Shown: positions 51,336-61,473 of the stretch, piece by piece
Numbering within the stretch: position 1 is the first letter of the stretch
Layout of the letters: each line of letters opens with the position of its first letter
Assembly: GCA_965224195.1 (NCBI GenBank)
Contig: OZ245040.1
Span: forward strand, 1,152,001-1,216,000
Source: Nitrosopumilus sp.
Lineage (GTDB): Archaea > Thermoproteota > Nitrososphaeria > Nitrososphaerales > Nitrosopumilaceae
DNA length: 64,000 bases
Reading direction: 5' to 3'
Translations under genes and position numbers: made by a program
The notes under the pieces: generated by a model
Seen by the model: only the letters and a program-made list of their open reading frames with translations
What the model was told of the DNA's origin: nothing
Database searches by the model: none

Positions 51336-52127
51336 TTAAGTGTTAGACTTTTTTCGTTCTTTACGCTCAATTATGATCATGCCTGCTGCATACAGTCCAA
51401 TCATTGGGCCTGCAACAAACATCATTGTCACTCCTGTTCCATCTGGAGTAATTATTGCTCCAAAGATTACTATGATCACTATTGCATATCTGATATTTTT
51501 TCTCCAAAAATTAGCATCAACCATTCCTGATGCTGATACTGCATACATTACAAGAGGAAGTTGAAATGAAAAACCAAATGCTAACAAAAATTGTAATACA
51601 AATGTTACAAACTCCATTACAATAAGAAATGTAATTAATCCTGCACCTTCTCCATATCTGTACAAAAAATCTAACATGTATGGAATAACAAAATTATAAG
51701 AAAACACACATCCTGCAATAAATAACCCTAGTGCCGGCAATGATATACTTCTACTTACATTAATTTCATTTTCTTTTAATGCTGGCTTGATGAATCCTAC
51801 TAGTTCTTTTATGATCACTGGCATACCTACAACAATTCCAATAAGTGCTGCAACATACATTTGAGCAAAGAATGCTTGTCCTGGTGCAGTTTGAATTAAA
51901 TCTACATTTTCTGGAACCAACATAATTCTCATGTGATTTGTAATCTGTGCTGCAATATTGTGAGTTGGTTCAATGGTTGGATAATACAAAGTGAATTGAT
52001 TAATTTGAAATGGTTCTGCATGAAACATTAGCAAAAATACACTAATTCCACCAATAACGATTACAATTCTAACTAACCGTTTTCTTAATTCTTCAAGATG
52101 TTGATTAATGCCATCCAATTCAGACAT
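51336..52127 (-). CDS. tatC: twin-arginine translocase TatC
   Basis: HLEELRKRL, FIKPAL, FQLP, AIITPD. Confidence 0.95.
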   Translation of the reverse strand: MSELDGINQHLEELRKRLVRIVIVIGGISVFLLMFHAEPFQINQFTLYYPTIEPTHNIAAQITNHMRIMLVPENVDLIQTAPGQAFFAQMYVAALIGIVVGMPVIIKELVGFIKPALKENEINVSRSISLPALGLFIAGCVFSYNFVIPYMLDFLYRYGEGAGLITFLIVMEFVTFVLQFLLAFGFSFQLPLVMYAVSASGMVDANFWRKNIRYAIVIIVIFGAIITPDGTGVTMMFVAGPMIGLYAAGMIIIERKERKKSNT

Positions 52128-52156
52128 TTGTTTTCTTTAATTCTAAAGTATAATAA

Positions 52157-52624
52157 TTATGTCGGGATTGGTAGTAATTTTGCTTCTGGAAGCCCTGCTT
52201 CTTTGAGTGCATCAGCGGTGATTCCTCCAAATTCTAATGATATGACTGCCTTTACATTGAATTTTGCCTCCATCTCTTTTGCCAAATTTGCAATGTCTGT
52301 TGCAGAATAGATTTCATCAGAACCTTTTAGGATAATTCTATCTCCTTTTTCCATCTCTTTACCTTTGTATTTTCCTTGAAGGAATTTAGTAATTTCAGGT
52401 AATTCTTTTCTATCAATGTTGTTGTAAAAATAACAGATTCCTTTGACTGATTCATAATCATATGCTGTTCCATTTCTATACATGAATAGACCAATAAAAT
52501 GAGCCTCATCTTCTGGTTCTCTGATACATTTGATTTCCCAGTTTAGCAAATTCTTTTCATCATATGCATAACCGCTTAATTCATCAGATGCGATTTTCCA
52601 ATATCTCATTCTACCTTTTGCCAT
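52157..52624 (-). CDS. hypothetical protein upstream of tatC
   Basis: 155-aa ORF, host-like composition. Confidence 0.8.
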   Translation of the reverse strand: MAKGRMRYWKIASDELSGYAYDEKNLLNWEIKCIREPEDEAHFIGLFMYRNGTAYDYESVKGICYFYNNIDRKELPEITKFLQGKYKGKEMEKGDRIILKGSDEIYSATDIANLAKEMEAKFNVKAVISLEFGGITADALKEAGLPEAKLLPIPT

Positions 52625-53229
52625 TATGAAATATTGTAAATTATTCTGATATAAATTGGTGTTTTTTGATACATTATTTGTAGAGATTTTCTACCTATCT
52701 ACGTAGCTAAACTTTGTAATTCCTTTGTACAACCTAAAATCATAGGATTTGTACCTATGTTATGTAAAATAACATACAGATGGTAGTGTACGAAAATCTT
52801 AATTCTAGAATAATGTCCGTAGTAAGTTTTGCAAAAATGGTAATAATTGGTTTTATCTTTTTGAGAGGCATCAAAGCAGTTCATTGGTTAATTTTTAAAC
52901 GAAATAAAAAAGAAAAATCATGATTATTCCATCATAGACTACCTTCAGAAAATATTTCATACACATCAAAATCCATATACATTACTCAAATGTTATAAAA
53001 AAATAATTTATGATCATTGAAAATTAAAATTATCTATCTGGTCTTTACAGAATCTATACGGAACATGTTAAGGAAAAAATGAATTCAAAGTAATCAGATC
53101 TGGGCTGGCGATATCTTAACAACACAAGTCCTCAAATCTGGGTTACCTGTTGTATATTTTAAAATAAGTATAAAAGCACAAAATTATTCGGAAGATAGAT
53201 TAACCTCGATTTTATTTTTCAATTTGTAA

Positions 53230-53490
53230 ATGGCAACTTTTCAAGTTCATGTAACTATAGAAAACAAACCTGGAATTAGTGATCCTGAGGGTGAAACTAT
53301 CCTTAATGATTTGGTTCTCAAAGGAACTCACAAAACAGTTTCAAAAATAAAAACAGCAAAGATGTTAAAATTTACAATTATAGAAAATGATAAAAATACT
53401 GCCCAGTCAAAAGTGCAAGAAATTTGTGATGATTTGAGAATTTACAATCCAATGGTAAGTGTTGTCACGATTGATGTTTTTGAAAGTTAA
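53230..53490 (+). CDS. purS: FGAM synthase subunit PurS
   Basis: KPGISDPEGETI...IYNPMV. Confidence 0.93.
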   Translation: MATFQVHVTIENKPGISDPEGETILNDLVLKGTHKTVSKIKTAKMLKFTIIENDKNTAQSKVQEICDDLRIYNPMVSVVTIDVFES

Positions 53491-53492
53491 TC

Positions 53493-53933
53493 CTATTCTG
53501 AATTAACATTATTTACTGTAGCATTAATCAAAAGTTTACTTCTTAGAACTTCTGCTAAATTTGTCTGAGTTATTACTCCTACTAGATTTTCATCTTCAAG
53601 CACAATTAAACGCCTAATGTTGTTATTTAGCATCTTTTGAACTGCATGTTCAACTTCTGTCTCCGGTTCTACCCATTTGAAATTTTTAGACATTATCTCT
53701 TCTATCTGGATTTGTGATGATTTGACATTTTTTGCTGCAATTTTTCTTACAATGTCTCTCTCTGAAACAATTCCTTCTGGTTTTCCTTCCTTTAGTATTA
53801 CAAGAAAACTGATCTCTTTTTCTTTTAGAATTACTGATGCGTCAAGTGCATTTTTGGTGTAATCTATTGTGATTACATTTTTTTCCATAATGTCTATCAC
53901 TTGAGTCATGGCGATCAACCAATTTCTATACAT
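53493..53933 (-). CDS. CBS-pair protein
   Basis: GIVSERDIV, IRRLIV, VGVITQTNL. Confidence 0.9.
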   Translation of the reverse strand: MYRNWLIAMTQVIDIMEKNVITIDYTKNALDASVILKEKEISFLVILKEGKPEGIVSERDIVRKIAAKNVKSSQIQIEEIMSKNFKWVEPETEVEHAVQKMLNNNIRRLIVLEDENLVGVITQTNLAEVLRSKLLINATVNNVNSE

Positions 53934-53987
53934 AAGAGTTTACTCGGACTAGATTCAAATTAAATATCTCTGAATGTTTGAAGAATT

Positions 53988-54668
53988 ATGAAAGTTGGAG
54001 TTGTAGTTTTTCCGGGTAGTAATTGTGATCGTGATATGTATCATGTATTGACTGATGTATTCCATCTTAATGCAGAATATTTTTGGCATGAAAAAGGATT
54101 GCCCGAAAATATTGATGCTGTAATTCTTCCAGGAGGATTTTCTTATGGTGATAGATTGAGAGCAGGTGTTATTGCAGCTCACAGTCCTATTATCAAAGAT
54201 GTCCAGAAAATGGCTGAAAAAGGAATCCCTGTTTTGGGTGTATGCAATGGATTTCAAATTCTTGTAGAATCTGGATTGCTTCCAGGAGTATTGCTCAAAA
54301 ATGAGTCTCTTAATTTTATGTGTGAATGGACTAATCTAATTGTAGAGAACAACAAAACTCCATTTACAAATCAATTCAAACTAAATGAAAAAATCCCAAT
54401 CCCAATAGCTAATGGTGAAGGACGATATTATGTTGATGATGATACTATGAAGGAATTAAAAAAGAAAAATCAAATTGTTTTTCGATATTCTGAGGTGGTA
54501 AATGGCTCTTCAAATAGAATTGCAGGCGTGTGTAATGAGGATGGTAATGTCGTTGGAATGATGCCTCATCCAGAAAGAGCGGTTGAATCAGACATTAATC
54601 CAATTGATAACAAACCTTCTTCTCTTATCTTTGAATCACTATTGACAAAAATGGGTGTTAGCAAATGA
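53988..54668 (+). CDS. purQ: FGAM synthase glutaminase subunit PurQ
   Basis: FPGSNCD, PGGFSYGD, GVCNGFQ, MMPHPER. Confidence 0.97.
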   Translation: MKVGVVVFPGSNCDRDMYHVLTDVFHLNAEYFWHEKGLPENIDAVILPGGFSYGDRLRAGVIAAHSPIIKDVQKMAEKGIPVLGVCNGFQILVESGLLPGVLLKNESLNFMCEWTNLIVENNKTPFTNQFKLNEKIPIPIANGEGRYYVDDDTMKELKKKNQIVFRYSEVVNGSSNRIAGVCNEDGNVVGMMPHPERAVESDINPIDNKPSSLIFESLLTKMGVSK

Positions 54669-56842
54669 GTTTAGAAGAACACGAACTAGATGAGTTAAAA
54701 TCTAAAATTGGTAGAGATCCAACATCTACTGAACTACAAATTGTAGCTGCTGAATGGTCGGAGCACTGCTCCTACAAATCATCGAAAAGACATTTGAAAA
54801 TGCTACCTATGGATGGCCCTCTTGTAATTAATGAGAATGGATGTGATTCTGGAGTTTTAGATGTAGGTGATGGATATGTTGTAACTGCTCACATTGAAAG
54901 TCATAATCACCCATCAGCTGTAGAACCATACGGTGGTGCTGCTACTGGAGTTGGTGGAGTAATTCGAGATATCTTATCTGCTGGAACTAGACCTATTGCA
55001 ATTTTTGATGGATTAAGATTTGGAGATATTGAAAAAGATCTGCAAGCAAGATGGCTGTTCAAAAACGCTGTCACTGGAATTGCGGATTATGGAAATTGTT
55101 TAGGTATTCCAACTATCGGAGGAGAAGTGGAATTTGATGAATGCTATGAAAATTATGCAATGGTGGATGTTGCTGCATTAGGTTTTGGTAAAAAAGAAAA
55201 CTTGATCAAAAACCATGTGGAAAAAGATGATATTGTTGTCTTGATGGGGGGTTCTACTGGCAGAGATGGTATTGGTGGCTCTCAATTTGCATCTGATTCT
55301 TTAGAATCTGAAGACCGTTCTGCTGTTCAAATCCCTGACCCATTCATTGAGAAATTAATCATTGAAGTAGTTTTACAGGCACGAAATGATGGATTAATTC
55401 ATGCAATGAAAGATCTTGGAGGTGGCGGTTTATCGTGTGCAGTTTCTGAAACTGCTGATGCAATGGAGGTTGGAATTGAAATGGATGTTGACAAAGTTCA
55501 CACTAGAGAATCTGATATGCATCCTGATGAAATCATGGTATCAGAATCTCAAGAGAGAATGTTAATTGTTACAAGTAAAACAAAATTCAAAAAATTAGAA
55601 GAAATCTGTAATAAATTCCATATTGGTTGCTCTGTTATTGGCCATGTAAAATTTGATAATAATGTACATATCAAAAAAGGTGAAAATACAGTTGCCAATT
55701 TACCTGCTGATTTTGTAGCTAATGCAACACTACTTGATTTACCGTCAAAAGAACCAACTTATTTGAAAACTATTGAAACTGAAAAAAAATTCGACCCTAT
55801 TCCTGATTACTCTAAACTTATGATGACATTACTTGTATCACCAAACATTGCAAGTAAGATTTGGGTGTATGGCCAATATGATCATGAAGTAGGGATTAGA
55901 ACTGTAGTAAAACCTGGAACTGATGCATCTGTGTTAAGATTAGATAATGGAAAATATCTATCTGCAAAAATTGATGGTAATCCCAAACAATGTTACATCA
56001 ACCCTAGAGAAGGGGCAATTGGATGTTTTGAGGAAGCATGTAGAAATGTTGTGTGTACTGGGGCAAGACCAATTGGAATGCTTGATCATCTTCAATTTGG
56101 TAATCCTAATGATCCTGAAATTTTTTGGACTTTCTTAGAATCCCTGAAAGGTTTGACTGATTTTGCTAAATCATTTGAAATTCCATGTGTTGGAGGTAAA
56201 GTGAGCCTGTATAATGAGACTCCTAAAGGCTCTATCAAGCCAACTCCTGTCATTGGAGTTATTGGATTGATTGACAAGAAACCCTCAGTTCCTCAAAAAA
56301 TTTCACAAGATGATTGTCTCCTTATTATTGGTGACACTAAAGATGAGCTTGGTGGCTCTGAGTATTTTGAATATATCCACAAATTTATCGGAGGAAAATG
56401 TCCTGCTGTTAACTTTGAGGATTCAAAGAAACACATGAAATCTGTTCTTGATATAATTGATAAAAGTCTCATCAAATCTGCACATGATTGTTCTAAAGGT
56501 GGACTTGCAGTTGCAGTATCTGAAATTTGTATGACTAATCAAATTGGCTGTAATATTTCATTGAATAAAATCCCTGGTGAAAAACTAGATGTTGATAGAA
56601 TTTTGTTTTCTGAAAGTCATTCTAGATATCTATTATCCTTTGATAAGAAAAATTTTTCAAAAATTGAAGATATTCTCAAAACAAACAAAATTTCGTTCAA
56701 TCAAATTGGTCAATTTGGCAGTGAACAAATTCAATTTGTTTATGATTCAAAATTAATTGTTGATCTTGATTTGAAAAAGGTACATGAAATCTGGCTACAT
56801 GCGCTTCCAAATTTAGTACTTCGTGGCAAAAAAACTCTCTGA
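54665..56842 (+). CDS. purL: FGAM synthase subunit PurL
   Basis: WSEHCSYKSS, ESHNHPS, DLGGGG, SESQERM, QYDHEV, GGKVSLYN. Confidence 0.98.
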   Translation: MSLEEHELDELKSKIGRDPTSTELQIVAAEWSEHCSYKSSKRHLKMLPMDGPLVINENGCDSGVLDVGDGYVVTAHIESHNHPSAVEPYGGAATGVGGVIRDILSAGTRPIAIFDGLRFGDIEKDLQARWLFKNAVTGIADYGNCLGIPTIGGEVEFDECYENYAMVDVAALGFGKKENLIKNHVEKDDIVVLMGGSTGRDGIGGSQFASDSLESEDRSAVQIPDPFIEKLIIEVVLQARNDGLIHAMKDLGGGGLSCAVSETADAMEVGIEMDVDKVHTRESDMHPDEIMVSESQERMLIVTSKTKFKKLEEICNKFHIGCSVIGHVKFDNNVHIKKGENTVANLPADFVANATLLDLPSKEPTYLKTIETEKKFDPIPDYSKLMMTLLVSPNIASKIWVYGQYDHEVGIRTVVKPGTDASVLRLDNGKYLSAKIDGNPKQCYINPREGAIGCFEEACRNVVCTGARPIGMLDHLQFGNPNDPEIFWTFLESLKGLTDFAKSFEIPCVGGKVSLYNETPKGSIKPTPVIGVIGLIDKKPSVPQKISQDDCLLIIGDTKDELGGSEYFEYIHKFIGGKCPAVNFEDSKKHMKSVLDIIDKSLIKSAHDCSKGGLAVAVSEICMTNQIGCNISLNKIPGEKLDVDRILFSESHSRYLLSFDKKNFSKIEDILKTNKISFNQIGQFGSEQIQFVYDSKLIVDLDLKKVHEIWLHALPNLVLRGKKTL

Positions 56843-56846
56843 TATT

Positions 56847-56978
56847 ATGGCTGAAAAAAAGAAAAAATCTGAGAGAAAACAGAAAGGACAAAAGGCAGCT
56901 GAACAAAATCAGCGAATTAAAAAATACAAGAGTGAACAACAAATAAAGAAAAAAGGAAAAAAGCCTAAGAAATATTAG
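56847..56978 (+). CDS. Lys-rich microprotein (43 aa)
   Basis: manual translation MAEKKKKSERKQKGQKAAEQNQRIKKYKSEQQIKKKGKKPKKY. Confidence 0.55.
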   Translation: MAEKKKKSERKQKGQKAAEQNQRIKKYKSEQQIKKKGKKPKKY

Positions 56979-57140
56979 AATCTGAAAGGAGAGATTCCTG
57001 ATCGCTTAAAGTGATCATCATTTTTATTGTTCAAAGGTAGTAGTGGATCAGGGGATGGAGTCGTTATCTGATTTATCAGCCGAGTTTTACACTTTTTCTA
57101 ACCTTTTGATGTTATCTTTCTTTGAGGGATCTGCCTAGAC

Positions 57141-58583
57141 ATGCCTAAGGTAAAAGAAAATTGCGGTGTTGTTGGAATTTATAGCTTATCTGGAAAAAAT
57201 GTTGTTCCAATGGTCTTTGATGCTTTACGAGCTTTACAACATAGAGGACAAGAGGCTTGGGGATTTGCAGTTCCAAATAAACCTCCGTTTAAAAAAATTG
57301 GACTAGTTTCTCATTCTTCATCTGATTTTAAAAAAATTGCCAAAGAGTATGAATCTCCATGTGTCATTGGGCATGTGAGATATTCTACAATGGGTACTAG
57401 TACTCTGGATAATGCACAGCCATTGAAAGTAAAAGATCTCTGCATTGCACATAATGGAACAATTGCCAATGCCCAGGAATTATCTAATTTAGTTGGAGGG
57501 TGTTCTTTTACTCCACAAAATGCAAGTGACACTTTGGTTGCAGCGCAAAGACTTGTTTCATTAATTTCTGAAAATGGTGAAATGGGAAAAGCACTTTCAA
57601 TTTTAAAAAATGAAATGGTTGGCTCTTATTGTTTTACATTTATCTCTGATGATAATTCTGTTTATGCAGCTAGAGATCCTAAAGGATTTCGTCCAATGGT
57701 ATTGGGACATAAAGAATCTGATGACACATACATTGTAACCTCTGAATCAGCTGCAGTTATTGCAGTTGGTGCAACTTTACAAAGAGATGTAGTGCCAGGC
57801 GAATTAATCAAATTAAGCCAAACTGGTATAGAGACTGAATTATTTTCAACTGACACTTCTCGTGCACATTGCTCTTTTGAATTTACTTATTTTGCACATC
57901 CATCAAGTAACATGGAAGGACGTAACATTTACGTTTCAAGGAAAAAAATTGGGCAATTTATGGCAAAGAAATTCCCAATCAAAGATGCTGATTTGGTAAT
58001 TCCGGTACCCGATTCTGCAAGACCTGCAGCTTTAGGTTATGCTCAAGAACTCGGTGTGTCTTTTGATGAAGGTTTGTTAAAAGACAGATACAGTAAGAAA
58101 GGCCCATTGCGAAGTTTCATTGAACCTCACCAAAGTGATAGGGTTGAGATAAATCGCTGGATAATTCCAATTAGTGAAATCATCAAAGATAAGCATGTGG
58201 TGGTAATAGATGATAGTCTAGTTAGAGGTACTAGTTCTAAGGCTATTATCAAGGCACTTCGTCGTGCAGGTGCCAAAAAAATAAGCATGCTGATCACATA
58301 TCCTCAAATTAACTATCCTTGCTATGCTGGAATTGATTTCCCATCTCAAGAAGAACTTGCCACATTTACTGATGGAAAAACTATGACCAGTGATGAGATT
58401 ACTGAGATGGTTAGAAAAAGTATTGGTGTTGATTTTCTAGGATATAACACTGCTAAAAATTTAGCAGACGCAGTTGGAATGCCAAAAGATTCAATGTGTT
58501 TCACATGTTCTTCAGGAAACTATGATTCATTGGGAATAAAGCCTGATTTTACCAAACGCGAGCAAGTAAAGGCGACAAATTAG
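57141..58583 (+). CDS. purF: amidophosphoribosyltransferase
   Basis: ENCGVVG Ntn Cys, LQHRGQE, GHVRYST, IDDSLVRGTS, Fe-S cysteines. Confidence 0.98.
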   Translation: MPKVKENCGVVGIYSLSGKNVVPMVFDALRALQHRGQEAWGFAVPNKPPFKKIGLVSHSSSDFKKIAKEYESPCVIGHVRYSTMGTSTLDNAQPLKVKDLCIAHNGTIANAQELSNLVGGCSFTPQNASDTLVAAQRLVSLISENGEMGKALSILKNEMVGSYCFTFISDDNSVYAARDPKGFRPMVLGHKESDDTYIVTSESAAVIAVGATLQRDVVPGELIKLSQTGIETELFSTDTSRAHCSFEFTYFAHPSSNMEGRNIYVSRKKIGQFMAKKFPIKDADLVIPVPDSARPAALGYAQELGVSFDEGLLKDRYSKKGPLRSFIEPHQSDRVEINRWIIPISEIIKDKHVVVIDDSLVRGTSSKAIIKALRRAGAKKISMLITYPQINYPCYAGIDFPSQEELATFTDGKTMTSDEITEMVRKSIGVDFLGYNTAKNLADAVGMPKDSMCFTCSSGNYDSLGIKPDFTKREQVKATN

Positions 58584-58631
58584 TACCAATTTAGAGAATT
58601 GATTAAATATTGTTAAAAGATTTCTTAAACT

Positions 58632-58910
58632 ATGCAAGCAATATGGAATGATGTAGCTATTGCAGAAAGCAATGACACTGTTGAAGTGGATGGAAATTCA
58701 TATTTTCCATTTGATTCAATCAAACAAGAATATTTCAAAAAAACTGAATTGACTACTGTATGTGGTTGGAAAGGAATGGCCAATTATTACTCTGTAGATG
58801 TCAATGGGAAAACAAACAAAGATTGTGCATGGTATTATGCGGAACCAAATGATGCTGCCTCTAAAATCAAAGGAATGGTGGCATTTTGGAATGGTATCAA
58901 AATACAATAA
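58632..58910 (+). CDS. DUF427 protein
   Basis: IAES..VDGNSYFP..TVCGWKG.ANYY..AWYY..P. Confidence 0.9.
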   Translation: MQAIWNDVAIAESNDTVEVDGNSYFPFDSIKQEYFKKTELTTVCGWKGMANYYSVDVNGKTNKDCAWYYAEPNDAASKIKGMVAFWNGIKIQ

Positions 58911-58913
58911 TTC

Positions 58914-59111
58914 TTAGTCTTCATCTATTTTTTTATTATATTCGTCAATTTTGAGATTATATTCTTCAATATCTTTATTTTCAGAATCAATATTTTCAAA
59001 TAATTCTGGATTCACTTCTTGAGCTTTTTTCATTAGTTTTTTGAATGAATCTGGATCGTCTTTTTGAAGATCTAGTAGTAATTTCCCTATTGATTCATCA
59101 AGATTGCTCAT
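58914..59111 (-). CDS. small acidic hypothetical protein
   Basis: 65-aa ORF. Confidence 0.6.
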   Translation of the reverse strand: MSNLDESIGKLLLDLQKDDPDSFKKLMKKAQEVNPELFENIDSENKDIEEYNLKIDEYNKKIDED

Positions 59112-59152
59112 TTCATTATTTGTAATTTTATCGGCTATTTTTGAATTTCTTT

Positions 59153-59464
59153 TTAGATGTTAATCTTTTTGTTGGCAATTTTGAACGCATTCTTTGTTAG
59201 AGTATCAAATCCTGCAATTGTGGCAATCAAACTGGCAAATATCATAAGTTCTGATAGTTCTGAAAGCATTTGATTTTCAATTGCCTCAATTTGTGGTCCA
59301 ATGATTGTAATTCCAACAATAAATGCAATGATTGCTGATGCTGTGCCGCTTTTGAAATCATACTTTTCTTTTGATTTTAACCATCCAAGAATATTTTGTA
59401 ATAGTACACCTGAAAATACAATTGAAATTGTTGCAAGAACTGGTGACAATCCAAATATTTCCAT
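59153..59464 (-). CDS. three-TM membrane protein
   Basis: three hydrophobic helices, basic C-tail. Confidence 0.75.
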   Translation of the reverse strand: MEIFGLSPVLATISIVFSGVLLQNILGWLKSKEKYDFKSGTASAIIAFIVGITIIGPQIEAIENQMLSELSELMIFASLIATIAGFDTLTKNAFKIANKKINI

Positions 59465-59626
59465 GTTGAAATTATACTAAAAATCCTATTGTAGTTTAGT
59501 AATAACTTGTGAGTGATTCTTATATCTTCATCATTTTTCATCTTTGCAATTCAATTCTTCTTAACAAAAGATGTTGTATTTATTGAACAACCTATTACTT
59601 ATGAAGTTAATCTAGTATGATGTATT

Positions 59627-59731
59627 ATGCCTAAATGTAGAAACTGTGATGATGATTTTATAGTACATTATACTAGCTTTTGCTCTGATGATTGTTCTTC
59701 TGTGTATACTAAAAGATACTTTTTACATTAA
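59627..59731 (+). CDS. CxxC-FCSxxC zinc microprotein (34 aa)
   Basis: MPKCRNCDDDFIVHYTSFCSDDCSSVYTKRYFLH. Confidence 0.65.
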   Translation: MPKCRNCDDDFIVHYTSFCSDDCSSVYTKRYFLH

Positions 59732-59757
59732 CTCAAGTTCATATTTTATTGACAAGT

Positions 59758-60293
59758 TTACTGTTGAGGAATTTTTATTTTGAATTCAAAACTATCTTCA
59801 TCTGATTTAAAATCAATAGTTGTGTGTTTTGCATTATTGAACATTTTGAAATAAATCATACCGTTGACGTAGAGCCAATTATGTCCCATATCCCTATTTG
59901 AACACACTATGACCCTTACCCCATCTACATCATCATAATACAAATGATGTCCATTTTGTTTGAACCAACTACCATAGTTTCTGTCATTTCTTCAAATTTT
60001 AACATTGGAGAAAACAATTGCATGCATGATACCGTGGGTTCATATTTTGTTTCAACCCACCCATCTAGTTCTTCTTTTTCAAATCTATTGTACAATTGCT
60101 TTATCTCTTTTCTCTGAGTGATCATATCTTGGCGTTTGAAACATTTTTCAAGTACATCTATGTGGTTGTTGATGATATTTTCTGCAGTTTTGGTAGGCGA
60201 TATATTTAGTTCATGTGCCAATTTTTTAATTGTCTCTGCATGATTTTTTGTAAATCGTAAACTAAATACTTCATCCTTTGTTTTATCTGACAC
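59758..60293 (-). pseudogene. RHH-type regulator with C-terminal domain, split into two overlapping ORFs
   Basis: FSLRFTKNHAETIKKLAHELNISP N-terminus; second ORF continues ..HNW..F..M. Confidence 0.6.
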
Positions 60294-60422
60294 TAAGTTT
60301 GGGGGGTAATTTTTTAATAAAAACTATTCTTTAAAAATTGAATAATATGTAATATTCTTACATTACTAGCTAAAGCTTACATTTTTCGTATTCTATAAAT
60401 TTGGGTAAATTAAGAGAATTTT

Positions 60423-60635
60423 ATGGGCGCAGAAATGGCAATTGAGAAATTAAAGACTTCTAATCAAGGCCTAAAGATTATCCAAGAAAATATTCATGAA
60501 CAACTTGGAGAAATTGCCTCTGATCCTAGACTGGAGGGACTAACTATTGATTTGGAAAATCTCTTTGAATCATATCTTGATACTTGGGTGAAAAGTAATT
60601 CGGATATCATATCTATTTTAGAAAAAGGAAATTGA
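60423..60635 (+). CDS. hypothetical protein
   Basis: 70-aa helical ORF. Confidence 0.7.
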   Translation: MGAEMAIEKLKTSNQGLKIIQENIHEQLGEIASDPRLEGLTIDLENLFESYLDTWVKSNSDIISILEKGN

Positions 60636-60636
60636 A

Positions 60637-60732
60637 ATGAGTTCTGTTAAAATTTGTAAACGATGTGAACACGAATTTGAAAATCGCACTAGTGATTTCT
60701 GTTCACCTGAATGTGCGGCGGAATTTTATTGA
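60637..60732 (+). CDS. CxxC-FCSxxC zinc microprotein (31 aa)
   Basis: MSSVKICKRCEHEFENRTSDFCSPECAAEFY. Confidence 0.65.
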   Translation: MSSVKICKRCEHEFENRTSDFCSPECAAEFY

Positions 60733-60890
60733 AATTGGTTTGCATGCATTGTGGAGATGCATTTGAAGGAAAGAATGAAAAATTTTGTTCTCATGGATGT
60801 AGGGATTCTCACATTGCTTCCCTGGAGAAACGTACCCGTGAAGCAGTTAGGGATGATCCTGGCCATACTGCAAAAATGAGTAGATCTTAG
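60729..60890 (+). CDS. CxxC-FCSxxC zinc microprotein (53 aa, TTG start)
   Basis: LVCMHCGDAFEGKNEKFCSHGCRDSHIASLEKRTREAVRDDPGHT; 4-nt overlap with previous ORF. Confidence 0.7.
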   Translation: MKLVCMHCGDAFEGKNEKFCSHGCRDSHIASLEKRTREAVRDDPGHTAKMSRS

Positions 60891-61433
60891 AATATTTTGC
60901 ATTGTTATAGTTTTAAACTGAAACAACAATTCCCTTTGACGGACTTGAAAGACGGGTCTCTACGTTCTGAACATTGTTTGACTTATTATTATGATTAAAA
61001 TCTATATTGGGATTTTTTTTCATAATTTTATGGTTTTTAAAGTAATGTACAAATTTTCTAATGAAGATATTTCATACATTTGTTATATGACCCATAAACA
61101 GTATATCAATTTCAAAGACTTGGCCTACAATAAAGGAAATTATCATCCTAAAGAGAAATCAAATAGAAATGAAAGAATATGAGAATGAAATGCAAAACTC
61201 AATTGATGCGGCATTTGCAAATAGTACTTCTCACATAAAGAAACTCTCTGAAGAACTATAATTTTTACACAAATCTAGGTTCATTTTCATCCCCAAAATG
61301 ATGACTGAATTCCCGTGGATTTGAATCTAGCTTTAACGCCTTGAACTAACTTGACAAGTCCCATCGAGGGCTTTTACAAATTAGTTCAATTCTCTTATAA
61401 TCAAACTCTCTACGATTTGATAAAGTGATGTAA

Positions 61434-61451
61434 TGGACCGGATGGGAATTG
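61434..61451 (-). other. 18-bp tRNA-Ala-like 3' fragment (probable att site)
   Basis: minus strand CAATTCCCATCCGGTCCA = T-loop end, T-stem 3' strand, acceptor 3' strand with U70 and A73; no 5' half adjacent. Confidence 0.6.
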
Positions 61452-61473
61452 GTCTTGTGATGGTGCTTTTTTG

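Noticed and set aside
53090-53150. ZTP (pfl) riboswitch-like words CTGGCGA...CTGGG upstream of purS
   Set aside because: Lacks the P2 GTGG/CCAC stem and GGGAG; a TATA-like box lies between it and purS. Could be a degenerate minus-strand C/D sRNA, but evidence is too weak
57040-57140. Fluoride-riboswitch-like GGGGATGGAGTC upstream of purF
   Set aside because: Required pseudoknot partner and 3' motif are absent on the same strand; no fluoride exporter nearby
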